From positions 5,154 through 69,153 of the forward strand of contig CAZHGH010000003.1 in the NCBI GenBank assembly GCA_964531205.1: a stretch of DNA of 64,000 bases. Reading direction: 5' to 3'. The DNA is from an uncultured bacterium. Its GTDB lineage: Bacteria > Vulcanimicrobiota > Vulcanimicrobiia > Vulcanimicrobiales > Vulcanimicrobiaceae. Below the pieces are notes generated by a model. That model ran no database searches, was not told the origin of the DNA, and saw only the letters and a list, made by a program, of their open reading frames with translations. The position numbers and the translations under genes are program-made. Positions 10,433-19,704 of this stretch are shown here, in pieces. Numbering within the stretch: the first letter of the stretch is position 1; the number at the start of each line of letters is the position of its first letter.

Positions 10433-10786
10433 ATGCAATTCGTTTCCAAGCAACAAACCTACGAAGCCACTCGCAAACTCTTACTCGAATGGGCGGCGCA
10501 TTATCACAGTCCTGCTCTCGAAGATCTTGCACGCAACATGGAGATGGACGGCGATCGATCTCGCGATCCCGAGCTGTATAAACGCTTTCTCGATACGCTC
10601 ATGTCCGATCCGTTGGAGCCGCAAGATGCGCTCGATGCTGCCTCCCAATTCTTGCAAGAGAACCTCAGCGCCGATGGTCAACCGGAAGTAGCGAAGCAGA
10701 TTCAACGTGCGCGCGCAGCGGCGCAAAAGCCCGAGGACGACGCCGACTTCTGGAATCACTGGATTACGATATTAAATTCTGTTTAA
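10433..10786 (+). CDS. Hypothetical acidic protein (117 aa)
   Basis: ORF with coding-like composition in a gap between confident genes. No recognisable motif. Confidence 0.5.
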   Translation: MQFVSKQQTYEATRKLLLEWAAHYHSPALEDLARNMEMDGDRSRDPELYKRFLDTLMSDPLEPQDALDAASQFLQENLSADGQPEVAKQIQRARAAAQKPEDDADFWNHWITILNSV

Positions 10787-10834
10787 GGGGCGGGCAGCCT
10801 AGGGCGTCGCGCCTTTTTATCGTATAGCGCGTAC

Positions 10835-13636
10835 GTGAAGTTGCGAGCCTTTCTTGCAGCGGTATCCGCTGTTGCTCTTATGGCGGCGGCACCGCCGCCG
10901 ACGATTTATATGGCACCTGCCGGTTCCCGTATTGCCGGTGCGCCGGATCCGTCCCGACCTTACAACGTTATTCTTCCGAACGGACGCATCGTCTCTCCGG
11001 TAGGCAAGAGCGTTGTCGTTGGAATGAACGCGCTCGGCGTTGCGCTTTCGCCCGATGGAAAATACGCCATCGTCACAAACGACGACGAGCGCGAAGCCGA
11101 GTCGGTCAGCCATATCGTTCCGGAAGTGCGCGGCGGCTATTCGCTTACGGTCGTAAATACGGCGACGATGACGGTTACCGATGTGTACTCGCCTGAAAAC
11201 ACTTCGTTCTTCGTCGGCCTTACTGCGCTGAAAGATCCCCGCAATGCGGCGCAGACGCTGGTGATGGCGTCGGGCGGCGGCAGTAATCTTTTGTATTTTT
11301 TGCATCTTGACGCGCAAGGAAAGCTCCATCCGGAAAATACCTATCTCGCCTTGCCCGGACCCACAGATCAGCGTTATGCAAATCAGAATCACGCCTATCC
11401 GGGATGGATCGCGCTTTCACCAAATCACCGCATTGCATACGTCGTTAACAATTTAGCGAATACCGTCAGCGCGATCGACATCGTCAGACGTACGTTGTTG
11501 CATAGTGCGCCGGTTGGTTTCTTTCCGTATGCCGCCGCCGCTTCTGGCCGCCGGCTGTACGTCACCAATCCCGGCCTTATGCGGTACGGGAATCTGTCGC
11601 AACCGGTACGCTATCCGCCTTTCGCAAACGTACCGTTCGCGCCGAACCAAGGCTCGTCGCTTTCCAGCGTTCCCGTTTCAGTCGGCGGTGACGTCTCGAG
11701 CACGGGCATCGTCAGTACGCCGATGGACGTCGCACCCGACGGAGTGCAAAACGTCGGCGGCGCACACCCTAGTGCCATTGTACTTTCGAAAAACGGCCGT
11801 TACGCGTACGTCTGCATGACCAACGTCGATCGTATTGCGATCGTCGATCTTTTCGGAATACCGCGCGTCATCGGCGGTTTGCAACTGCGCTTGTTTGACA
11901 AATCGCCGTACGGCACGCAGCCGGATGCGATCGTGCGCAGTCCGGACGGCAAGCGTTTATACGTTGCGCTTGCAGGTATGAACGCTATCGCCGTGCTCGA
12001 TTCCACGAATCCGCGGCAACTGCACCGCTTAGGATTGATTCCAACCGGCTGGTTCCCGAGTGCAATTGCGGTCTCTCCTACCGGCCGCTATTTGTACGTT
12101 GCCAATGCAAAAGGCTTCGGGCAAGAGCCGCGGTTTGAAGGTGGGCCGCCGTACCGGACAGCAGCCGATGGTCACATCTATCAGGCAGCCGAAGACAGCA
12201 ACGTCATTTGGGCGACGCTGCAGCGTATCGATTTGCATAAACTCCCTTTGCCGAGAACGACACTTTCCGCGTTGCGTTATACGCGGACCGCAAGACGCGG
12301 CACGATGGATCCGATCGTTCCGCCACTCCGTTCCGGATTCCGCAGCGGAGCTATCAAACACGTCGTCTTTATCCTGGAAGAAAATAAAACGTTCGACTCG
12401 ATGCTCGGCGATCTGCGGGACGCGAACGGACAACCGTACGGAAAGGGCGATCCGTCGCTCGTTTCATTCGGCGAGAACATTACGCCCAATCTGCACGCCC
12501 TCGCACGGCAATACGGATTGGCGACGAATCTCTACGCGGACGCGGAAGAATCCGATGCAGGCCATCAATATGCTGCGGCCGGCATCGCTACCGCATATAG
12601 CGAGAAAACGCTCCTCTCGAAAGGCGGACGTTCGCCGCTCGTCAACAAAAACGAAGATCCGGAAGACTATCCGCGCTCGGGGTACATTTTCAACGCTGCA
12701 CAGCGTTCGGGTCTGTCGTATCGCGATTACGGCGACCTGATCCGTGTCTCTGGTTACGACGAAGGATCGGCCGAGAATCCGACGGACGACGATCCGAACT
12801 TCGTGAGCATGCAAGATCAATTGGCGCCCACCAGCGGCCTCGGCGGACTTTATGCGCTTGACGTTCCGTCGCTTGCGGCGTTGAGACAGCACATCGATCT
12901 CAACTATCCGGGCTGGAATTTGCGCATTCGCGACGTGCGCCGCGCGCGCGAATTCATTCGCGACTTTCAGCAACTCGAGTCGCAAAACGCCGTACCGGAC
13001 TTTACGTACATCTGGCTGCCCGCGGATCACGGCGGCTTTGGCGTCGACATTCCACCGCTTCCCGAAGAGGTTGCGGACGGAGATCGCGCGCTCGGGATGA
13101 TCGTGGATTTCCTCTCTCATCAACCGTCGTGGAATTCGACTGCGATCTTCATCACTCCGGACGACGCGCAAAGCTCGCGCGACCATATCAGCGAGCATCG
13201 CACCTATGCGGTCGTCGTCTCGCCATACGTCAAGCATCACTACCTCGGTGACGAGCATCTCTCCACGGTGAGCATTCTCAAGACCGAAGAGGAGATGCTC
13301 GGATTGCCGCCGCTCTCGCTCGGCGATCTCCTTGCGACCGATATGGCGTCATTCTTTACGCCCTCGGCCGACATGACGCCGTTTACGGCGATTCCCGTGC
13401 CCATGCAGACGGCCAGTGTCGAGGGACGCCGCATTGCGGCGCTTCTCGCGAAGACCGACCAAAGTGGTCCGGACGCCGATGTCGAACGTTCCGCTCGAAT
13501 CATCGATCTTTCGCGACGGGCCGACGTCCTCGCCGCGCGGCGCGCGGTGCTGGCCCAGAAGGTCTATGAAGCCGAGCAACGCGCCCTCTATGAAGCCGCG
13601 CTGCAAGCCTTGAAAATGAAGAACGATAACGACTGA
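10835..13636 (+). CDS. Secreted YVTN-type beta-propeller fused to a phosphoesterase (PLC/AcpA-like) domain
   Basis: Signal peptide. Repeated YVxN/YVTN blades (AYVVNNLANTVSAID, LYVTNPG, AYVCMTNVDRIAIVD, LYVALAGMNAIAVLD, LYVANAKG). The C-terminal half has phosphoesterase-family blocks (VVFILEENKTFD...). Confidence 0.85.
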   Translation: MKLRAFLAAVSAVALMAAAPPPTIYMAPAGSRIAGAPDPSRPYNVILPNGRIVSPVGKSVVVGMNALGVALSPDGKYAIVTNDDEREAESVSHIVPEVRGGYSLTVVNTATMTVTDVYSPENTSFFVGLTALKDPRNAAQTLVMASGGGSNLLYFLHLDAQGKLHPENTYLALPGPTDQRYANQNHAYPGWIALSPNHRIAYVVNNLANTVSAIDIVRRTLLHSAPVGFFPYAAAASGRRLYVTNPGLMRYGNLSQPVRYPPFANVPFAPNQGSSLSSVPVSVGGDVSSTGIVSTPMDVAPDGVQNVGGAHPSAIVLSKNGRYAYVCMTNVDRIAIVDLFGIPRVIGGLQLRLFDKSPYGTQPDAIVRSPDGKRLYVALAGMNAIAVLDSTNPRQLHRLGLIPTGWFPSAIAVSPTGRYLYVANAKGFGQEPRFEGGPPYRTAADGHIYQAAEDSNVIWATLQRIDLHKLPLPRTTLSALRYTRTARRGTMDPIVPPLRSGFRSGAIKHVVFILEENKTFDSMLGDLRDANGQPYGKGDPSLVSFGENITPNLHALARQYGLATNLYADAEESDAGHQYAAAGIATAYSEKTLLSKGGRSPLVNKNEDPEDYPRSGYIFNAAQRSGLSYRDYGDLIRVSGYDEGSAENPTDDDPNFVSMQDQLAPTSGLGGLYALDVPSLAALRQHIDLNYPGWNLRIRDVRRAREFIRDFQQLESQNAVPDFTYIWLPADHGGFGVDIPPLPEEVADGDRALGMIVDFLSHQPSWNSTAIFITPDDAQSSRDHISEHRTYAVVVSPYVKHHYLGDEHLSTVSILKTEEEMLGLPPLSLGDLLATDMASFFTPSADMTPFTAIPVPMQTASVEGRRIAALLAKTDQSGPDADVERSARIIDLSRRADVLAARRAVLAQKVYEAEQRALYEAALQALKMKNDND

Positions 13637-14472
13637 TGCAAGCAACGACTACTTCTTGGGGACCTCGCCTTGTGGCAAGTCCGACCGGCGCACTGCGTGC
13701 GGCGGTGCTCGTGCGGCCGCCTGCCGCAATTGAAGCGGCGCGGCCCCTTCCGGGTGAGCCGAATGCGGTCCACTCACGAGCTTTGTCGCAGCAAGAGATC
13801 CTCATTAAGACGCTGCGCTATTTCAACTGCGACGTTACGTTGCTCGAACCGCATACGACCGATCCGTACGCAAGCGCCGTTGCCGACGCTGCGATCGTCT
13901 TCGAGAACGGTGCGGTCATGCTGCGGCCGTCGCCCATGACGCGGCGCCCGGAAAGCGCGTGGCTTGAAGGTGAGCTGGTCAAGCACGACGTGCCGGTCGC
14001 AGGACACGTTGCCGCACCGGGATTGTTGGACGGTACGGATATTTTAATGGCCGGTAACACGGCATTCATCGGTCTGAGCCGCCGGTCGAACACGCTGGGA
14101 CGCAACGGTTTCGCGAACATCGCGAAGGCGCACGGCTTCAACGTCGTCGAGGTGAAACTTGCGGATTCCGTTCCGAGCCTTCGCGCGGCAGCAGGCGTGG
14201 TTGCTTCCGATACCGTCGTGCTCGCGCCCTCTGACCGAATCGATCACGCGGCGTTTGCCGGATTCAAAATCTTCACGACGCCGGCTGCCGACGATCTTGG
14301 CGCCGGCGTCCTGAACCTCGGCGATCATCACGTGCTCGCAGACGTGCGTTTCCCGCGCGTCATCGATACGCTTCGAAAGGGCGGCACGGTTGTCGAGGCC
14401 ATCGATTTATACGACTTCGGGCGCATCGGCATTTCGCCGTCGATGATGGTGCTCGATCTCAAACGCGTGTAA
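13636..14472 (+). CDS. DDAH/amidinotransferase-fold protein lacking the catalytic Cys and His
   Basis: Colinear with the dimethylarginine dimethylaminohydrolase family (DVTLLEP..., MLRPS..TRRPE, APGLLDGTDILMAGNTAFIGLSRRSN). TGATG start/stop overlap with the upstream gene. Confidence 0.75.
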   Translation: MQATTTSWGPRLVASPTGALRAAVLVRPPAAIEAARPLPGEPNAVHSRALSQQEILIKTLRYFNCDVTLLEPHTTDPYASAVADAAIVFENGAVMLRPSPMTRRPESAWLEGELVKHDVPVAGHVAAPGLLDGTDILMAGNTAFIGLSRRSNTLGRNGFANIAKAHGFNVVEVKLADSVPSLRAAAGVVASDTVVLAPSDRIDHAAFAGFKIFTTPAADDLGAGVLNLGDHHVLADVRFPRVIDTLRKGGTVVEAIDLYDFGRIGISPSMMVLDLKRV

Positions 14473-14475
14473 CGC

Positions 14476-15219
14476 TTGCCGATGCGCATCGCGATCTTCT
14501 CCGATATTCACGGTAATCTGGTCGGCTTGGACGCATGCCTTACCGATTTGCAGCATCAAGGGGGCGCGGACGTTATCGTTGGCGCCGGAGATTTCTGCAT
14601 GGACGGGCCGAAACCGAAGAAAGTCCTCCAGCGTTTCCAGGACATCGGCGCGCAGTGCATTCGGGGCAACACCGATCGCTATTTATTTGCGTTGAGCGAA
14701 GAAGAGATGCACGGTTGCGATGAGTCGGATCGGCGCCAAGCGATGTGGCAACGCAATGAGTTGGGAGAAAAACAGCTCGCATGGCTGCGCGAGCTGCCGT
14801 TTTCGCTCCGCTTCGGCGAGGATACCAATCAATTGCTGGTCGTTCACGCCAACCCGACGACGGACGATGAGCACTTGTGGCCGGATGCGGATGATGAAAC
14901 CCTGCAGCGGCTCATCGGCAACGAAACGGCCACAACTATCGCATTCGGTCACCTGCATATTCCGTACGCGCGCATGTGGCGCGGCAAATTGCTGGTTAAC
15001 GTGGCGTCCGCAGGGCTTCCGAAAGACGGCGATCCGCGAGCGTCTTATGCAATTTTCACGCAGCGTGCGGGCGGTTGGGAAGTCAAACACCGCCGAGTAC
15101 CCTTCGACGTAAAAAAAGTTGCAACCCAATTGGCCGATAGCGGGATTCCGGGTAGTGCAGATTTGATTGCAACCCTACGTCGACACCGGTACAAACGATT
15201 AAAGAGCTTAGTGCCTTAA
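14476..15219 (+). CDS. Calcineurin-like metallophosphoesterase
   Basis: DIHGN, GDF, GNTD and GHLH motif series. Confidence 0.88.
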   Translation: MPMRIAIFSDIHGNLVGLDACLTDLQHQGGADVIVGAGDFCMDGPKPKKVLQRFQDIGAQCIRGNTDRYLFALSEEEMHGCDESDRRQAMWQRNELGEKQLAWLRELPFSLRFGEDTNQLLVVHANPTTDDEHLWPDADDETLQRLIGNETATTIAFGHLHIPYARMWRGKLLVNVASAGLPKDGDPRASYAIFTQRAGGWEVKHRRVPFDVKKVATQLADSGIPGSADLIATLRRHRYKRLKSLVP

Positions 15220-15236
15220 ACGGCCGAACGCCGGCC

Positions 15237-15947
15237 TTAGAAATCTCGAACGTCGTCAAGCGGTATGGGGACTTCACCGCGGTCGATGGTATTTCGCTGC
15301 GCGTGGAAGCCGGAGACTTTTTCGGATTCCTCGGACCGAACGGGGCGGGCAAAACCACCTCGATCAATGCGATTGTCGGCCTTGCGCGCACGACGGCCGG
15401 AACTATTAAGGTGTTCGGCTACGATAACCTCAAACAGTGGCGCGACGCCCGGCGGCTTATCGGTCTTGCGCCGCAAGAATACAATTTCGATCGCTATCTC
15501 TCGATCCGCGACATCCTCATTTATCAAGCCGGCTACTTCGGTTTACGGCCGCGAGAGGTAAGCGATCGTGCCGACATGCTGCTCGAGCAATTCGGTCTTG
15601 CATCAAAAGCGAAGCAGGATTACATGAAGCTCTCCGGCGGCATGAAGCGACGGCTCACGCTTGCTCGTGCGATGATTCATTCGCCGAAGCTGCTCATTTT
15701 GGATGAGCCCACCGCCGGCGTCGACGTGGAACTACGCCTGGAGCTGTGGGATCTGCTGCGCAAGCTCAACGGCGAAGGCATGACGATCTTTCTCACGACG
15801 CACTATTTGGAAGAAGCCGAAGCGCTTTGCCGCAACATCGGAATTATTCGCGCCGGAAAGCTCGTCGCACTCGAACCGACGCGCGATTTGCTGGAACGCG
15901 AAGGCAAAAAGTTACAGGACGTCTTCTTGGAGCTTACGCGATCGTGA
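15237..15947 (+). CDS. ABC transporter ATP-binding protein (ABC-2 type exporter)
   Basis: Walker A GPNGAGKTT, signature LSGGMKRR, Walker B LLILDEP. The conserved N-terminal strand LEISNVVKRYGDFTAV is encoded from 15237. The first canonical start in frame is GTG 15303, so the true start is unresolved. Confidence 0.88.
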   Translation, partial: LEISNVVKRYGDFTAVDGISLRVEAGDFFGFLGPNGAGKTTSINAIVGLARTTAGTIKVFGYDNLKQWRDARRLIGLAPQEYNFDRYLSIRDILIYQAGYFGLRPREVSDRADMLLEQFGLASKAKQDYMKLSGGMKRRLTLARAMIHSPKLLILDEPTAGVDVELRLELWDLLRKLNGEGMTIFLTTHYLEEAEALCRNIGIIRAGKLVALEPTRDLLEREGKKLQDVFLELTRS

Positions 15948-16711
15948 AGGTGAATTGGATTGCGCTTTTCACGCTGATGAAGCGCGAGATGGTCCGCAGC
16001 CTCAAGATCATCAATCAGGTGATTTGGCCGCCGGTCATTACAACGCTGCTCTATGTCTCGATTTTCGGACTCGCGCTTGGAAGCCGCATCAAAACGGTTC
16101 AAGGCGTATCGTACGCGGAGTTCCTCATTCCGGGTCTCATCATGCTACAAGTGATCGACTCATCGTACGGCGAGTGCAGCAGTTCGGTGTTTCAAGGCCG
16201 GTTCATGAACTCGATTCAGGAGATGCTGATTGCGCCGATGTCGGCAGGCGAAATGGTTTTCGGCTACATTTTGGGCAGCGTTGCGCGAGCGCTGCTTATC
16301 GCGAACATGATTATGGCGCTTGGCTTTCTGCTGGTGCACACGCTGCCGAGTAATTGGGCGCTCTACTTCGGCGTTATGGTTATCGTCTCAGTGCTCTTCT
16401 CCGCGCTAGGCATTATCTTCGGATTGATCGCTGAAAAGTTCGACCATCTCGCAGTACTTACGACGTTCGCGATCACGCCGCTGGTCTTCGTCGGCGGCGT
16501 GTTCACGTCGGCGCAGCTGCTTCCGCCGGCGCTGCAGCGCGCGGAGCTCTTCAACCCCATGTTCTACACGATCGATGCCTTCCGGTTCAGCTATACCGGT
16601 CAAAGTTATCTCTCGCTCTGGCAATCCACGGCCGCTATTGGGGCGTTGATGCTTATAGCACTGGCCATCGCTCTGCGCATGGCCGTCGTCGGGTATAAAT
16701 TACGCACATGA
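15944..16711 (+). CDS. ABC-2 family transporter permease
   Basis: Six hydrophobic segments. GTGA overlap with the ATPase stop. The 15746 extension of the ORF is non-coding-like. Confidence 0.85.
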   Translation: MKVNWIALFTLMKREMVRSLKIINQVIWPPVITTLLYVSIFGLALGSRIKTVQGVSYAEFLIPGLIMLQVIDSSYGECSSSVFQGRFMNSIQEMLIAPMSAGEMVFGYILGSVARALLIANMIMALGFLLVHTLPSNWALYFGVMVIVSVLFSALGIIFGLIAEKFDHLAVLTTFAITPLVFVGGVFTSAQLLPPALQRAELFNPMFYTIDAFRFSYTGQSYLSLWQSTAAIGALMLIALAIALRMAVVGYKLRT

Positions 16712-17049
16712 TGTTGCTCGCTTTGGTTACGCTCGCGCTCGGCCCGTGGACCGGCCCGTCGCCCCGCACGGCTACGCCCGCAGCTGCGAAATACAAATTG
16801 ACTCTTACCGGACCCGCGGGCAAAGCGGTCGCGCTGAGCGCCGACGGTTTACCGAGGGGCTGGATCGCCTCGTTCTGTACCAACACGGCCTGCGCGCCAT
16901 TCCACTATACGTTGCAACTCAACGATCGTGGAAAGGGCGTCATCGAGTTTCAAGCGCTGCGGACGGACGACTCCGCGCCATCGCACGTCCACATTACCCT
17001 TAGCGCCGACGGCATCATTTCAAAAAAACTATCCGTTTCGGCTAAATAG
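16708..17049 (+). CDS. Small secreted hypothetical protein (113 aa)
   Basis: ATGA overlap with the permease. Hydrophobic N-terminus. CTNTAC Cys pair. Confidence 0.55.
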   Translation: MMLLALVTLALGPWTGPSPRTATPAAAKYKLTLTGPAGKAVALSADGLPRGWIASFCTNTACAPFHYTLQLNDRGKGVIEFQALRTDDSAPSHVHITLSADGIISKKLSVSAK

Positions 17050-17050
17050 A

Positions 17051-17824
17051 CTACAAGCGGCAATTTACGCCGAAACAGATAGCCGTCACCGGGTGAAGCT
17101 CGATGCCGTTCGGCGCCTGTCCGAACGCTCCGCTGAAAAAATCGAAGAAACCGACGCCTTCGACCGTCACGGATGTATCAGGACGCGCCGGAAGCTTGGG
17201 TATCGCGCGGTTAACCGATGCGCGAACATTTTGTATCTGCGTTGCGAGCGTGCTGGAATTCGCAAGGGCACAATTCGGATCGGGACTTTCAACAATCATC
17301 GTGACGCCGTTCGGATCTGAAATCACAAGATGATAATCCGCGTCGTGCTGCATCGCAACGAAGCGCAGCGTTACGTTCGTTATCCGGTAAACTGTCGTTT
17401 CAACCGGAGCCGTGCGCGCGGTGGTATCACTAACGCCCGGCGCCGCAAACTGCCGTAACGCGGCGATAGTGATGTCCATTCTGCTCGAAAGAGCGATCGA
17501 TAGCGCGTCTGCGTCGTCTGCAATTTTCACCGGCCACCGAAAGCCGGCGCAGGGCTTTTCCCCTGGTTCCGATGTAGGCACTACCACCGGTGTCGGCGTT
17601 CCAGCCGGCGTGGGTTGCGTCACGTTGGGAGGTGATGGGCTCTCCTGTGGCGCCGGGGTTTTATCGCGATCTGGCGGCTGCGTAGGGCGAGGCGTCTGCT
17701 GCTGCGGTACCGGCGGCGGAGGCGAACGGAGAAGCGCCGGCTGTGACGACATCATCCCACCCGAGCCGCCGCCGCAGCCGGTCAGGATTAGGCACGCCCA
17801 CAGTGTCGCTTGGACGCGCGTCAT
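17051..17824 (-). CDS. Lipoprotein with Pro-rich linker and conserved C-terminal domain of unknown function
   Basis: Lipobox LILTGC. The P-rich tract runs about 60 aa. C-terminal blocks DADYHLVISD and NGIELHPV. Confidence 0.7.
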   Translation of the reverse strand: MTRVQATLWACLILTGCGGGSGGMMSSQPALLRSPPPPVPQQQTPRPTQPPDRDKTPAPQESPSPPNVTQPTPAGTPTPVVVPTSEPGEKPCAGFRWPVKIADDADALSIALSSRMDITIAALRQFAAPGVSDTTARTAPVETTVYRITNVTLRFVAMQHDADYHLVISDPNGVTMIVESPDPNCALANSSTLATQIQNVRASVNRAIPKLPARPDTSVTVEGVGFFDFFSGAFGQAPNGIELHPVTAICFGVNCRL

Positions 17825-17890
17825 GAAACATCACCGCGCTCTCTGTTTTTACATCATGCGCGTGAAACGTGAACGGGTGATGAAGGCGGC

Positions 17891-18727
17891 TTAGAAAAAC
17901 GGGTTGTGTTCTTTTTCCCAGAGGACTTTTGACGGCGGACCGTGTCCGGGCATGATCACCGTGTCGTCAGGTAATGTGAAGATCTTTGAACGCACGCTGT
18001 TTAAGATATCATCGTAGGTGCTGGCGTCACCATATGCGCCGCCGACACTGCCCGCAAACAGCGTATCGCCGCTGAAAATCGTAGATTTGAAGAGAAAACA
18101 CGACGATCCGTCGGTATGACCCGGCGTATGAAGCATGCGAATCGTGACATCGCCGAAGGGTAAATCCTCGCCGTCTTTCAGACGAAGAGCCTTGTCCGCG
18201 AACGAGCCGATAGCATGAATGTCCGCCGAATGCATGACGATCTTCGCGCGCGGAAAGTTCATCGCGACTTCCGCAGTCGCATCGCAGTGATCGGCATGCT
18301 TGTGCGTGACCAAAATATATTCCAAATGGTATTGCCCGTCGCGCAGCACTCGTAAGAGATTCTGCGGAATGCCCGCCGGATCGATCAATGCAGCCCGTTT
18401 GCCGCCGTCCAAGAAGAACACATAGCCGTTGCTGGGATGCGGATCGTGCGGATGATGGCGGACGTCGGGAAGCCTGATGCCATCCGGATGCCATCGCCGT
18501 GCGGCTGCGTCCGCAAATTTCCCGGGATCTAAGCGCAGAACGGCCGCCACGGCCCGCGCTTGATCTTCTGACGGCGCTTGGCGGCCCTTCGCCCATGCCC
18601 CGACGGTCTCCAGCGGGAGCCCGGTCGCTCGCGAAAGCGCGGCGACGCTCGTGCCGGTGCCGCGCATCGCCTTGGTCAGAACGTCGTTAAAGTCGTCTTC
18701 AAGCGCCATGCACATGTCCTCATGCAA
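17891..18727 (-). CDS. XRE-like HTH domain fused to an MBL-fold (glyoxalase II-like) hydrolase
   Basis: N-terminal HTH (TSVAALSRATGLPLETVGAWAKGR). HKHADH (HxHxDH) plus downstream HTPGHT. The start may instead be the ATG at 18709. Confidence 0.85.
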   Translation of the reverse strand: MHEDMCMALEDDFNDVLTKAMRGTGTSVAALSRATGLPLETVGAWAKGRQAPSEDQARAVAAVLRLDPGKFADAAARRWHPDGIRLPDVRHHPHDPHPSNGYVFFLDGGKRAALIDPAGIPQNLLRVLRDGQYHLEYILVTHKHADHCDATAEVAMNFPRAKIVMHSADIHAIGSFADKALRLKDGEDLPFGDVTIRMLHTPGHTDGSSCFLFKSTIFSGDTLFAGSVGGAYGDASTYDDILNSVRSKIFTLPDDTVIMPGHGPPSKVLWEKEHNPFF

Positions 18728-18762
18728 CCGGAAGCCTTAGCCGTACAGTCGAAAGGTCCGGT

Positions 18763-19701
18763 ATGGAACGCCTCATCATTATCGGGTCCGGGCCTGCAGG
18801 TCTGACCGCTGCCATTTACGCCGCGCGCGCTAACCTTCGTCCTCTGGTTTTAGCGGGCGGATTGTACGGCGGTCAACTTATGCTTACGACTGAGGTCGAA
18901 AACTATCCCGGTTTCCCAGACGGTATCATGGGCCCCGATTTGATGATCAAATTCCGGGAACAGGCCGAGCGCTTCGGAGCTCGCATTGAAAATGTCGATG
19001 CAACCGGCGTCGACTTCTCCAAGCGTCCGCTTCGCGTGCGCACGTGCGACGCCGAGTACGAAACAAAAAGCGTGATCGTTGCCACGGGCGCAAGCGCACG
19101 TTGGCTCGGCATTCCGGGTGAAGAACGCTTGCGCGGGCGCGGTGTTTCGACATGCGCGACGTGTGATGGAGCATTTTTCCGCGATCGTCACATCGTCGTG
19201 GTCGGCGGCGGCGACTCTGCGATGGAGGAAGCCCTGTTCCTAACGCGATTCGGCCGCAAAGTGACCGTCATTCACCGCCGCAATGGCTTGCGCGCGAGCA
19301 AAATCATGGCCGATCGCGCTCTGGCGCATGACAAGATCGAGTTCATTTGGGACACCGTCGTTGAAGAAGCGATTGGCGGCGAAACGCTCGAGATGCTGAA
19401 GTTGCGGAATATCGTTACGGGCGCGCACACCGACTTTAAAGCCGATGCGCTGTTTATAGCGATCGGCCACGATCCCAATACCGCAATCTTTAAAGACCAA
19501 TTGGATTTGGATGCGGCGGGTTACATTCGCTCTCCCGACGGAACTTCTACGAACGTGGAAGGCGTTTTTGTAGCAGGTGACGTTTACGACATTCGTTATA
19601 AGCAAGCCGTGACTGCAGCCGGGCTCGGCTGCCGAGCGGCTATGGACGCGGAGAAGTATTTGGAAGCGTTGGAGTTTCCGGTTGAGGAGGCTATCGCCTA
19701 A
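18763..19701 (+). CDS. trxB: Thioredoxin-disulfide reductase
   Basis: GSGPAG FAD motif, redox CATCDG, GGGDSAMEEA NADPH motif. Confidence 0.95.
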   Translation: MERLIIIGSGPAGLTAAIYAARANLRPLVLAGGLYGGQLMLTTEVENYPGFPDGIMGPDLMIKFREQAERFGARIENVDATGVDFSKRPLRVRTCDAEYETKSVIVATGASARWLGIPGEERLRGRGVSTCATCDGAFFRDRHIVVVGGGDSAMEEALFLTRFGRKVTVIHRRNGLRASKIMADRALAHDKIEFIWDTVVEEAIGGETLEMLKLRNIVTGAHTDFKADALFIAIGHDPNTAIFKDQLDLDAAGYIRSPDGTSTNVEGVFVAGDVYDIRYKQAVTAAGLGCRAAMDAEKYLEALEFPVEEAIA

Positions 19702-19704
19702 TAT

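Noticed and set aside
10803-10818. Possible terminator GGCG-TCG-CGCC plus T5 after the 117-aa ORF.
   Set aside because: The stem is only 4 bp, which is too weak to call.
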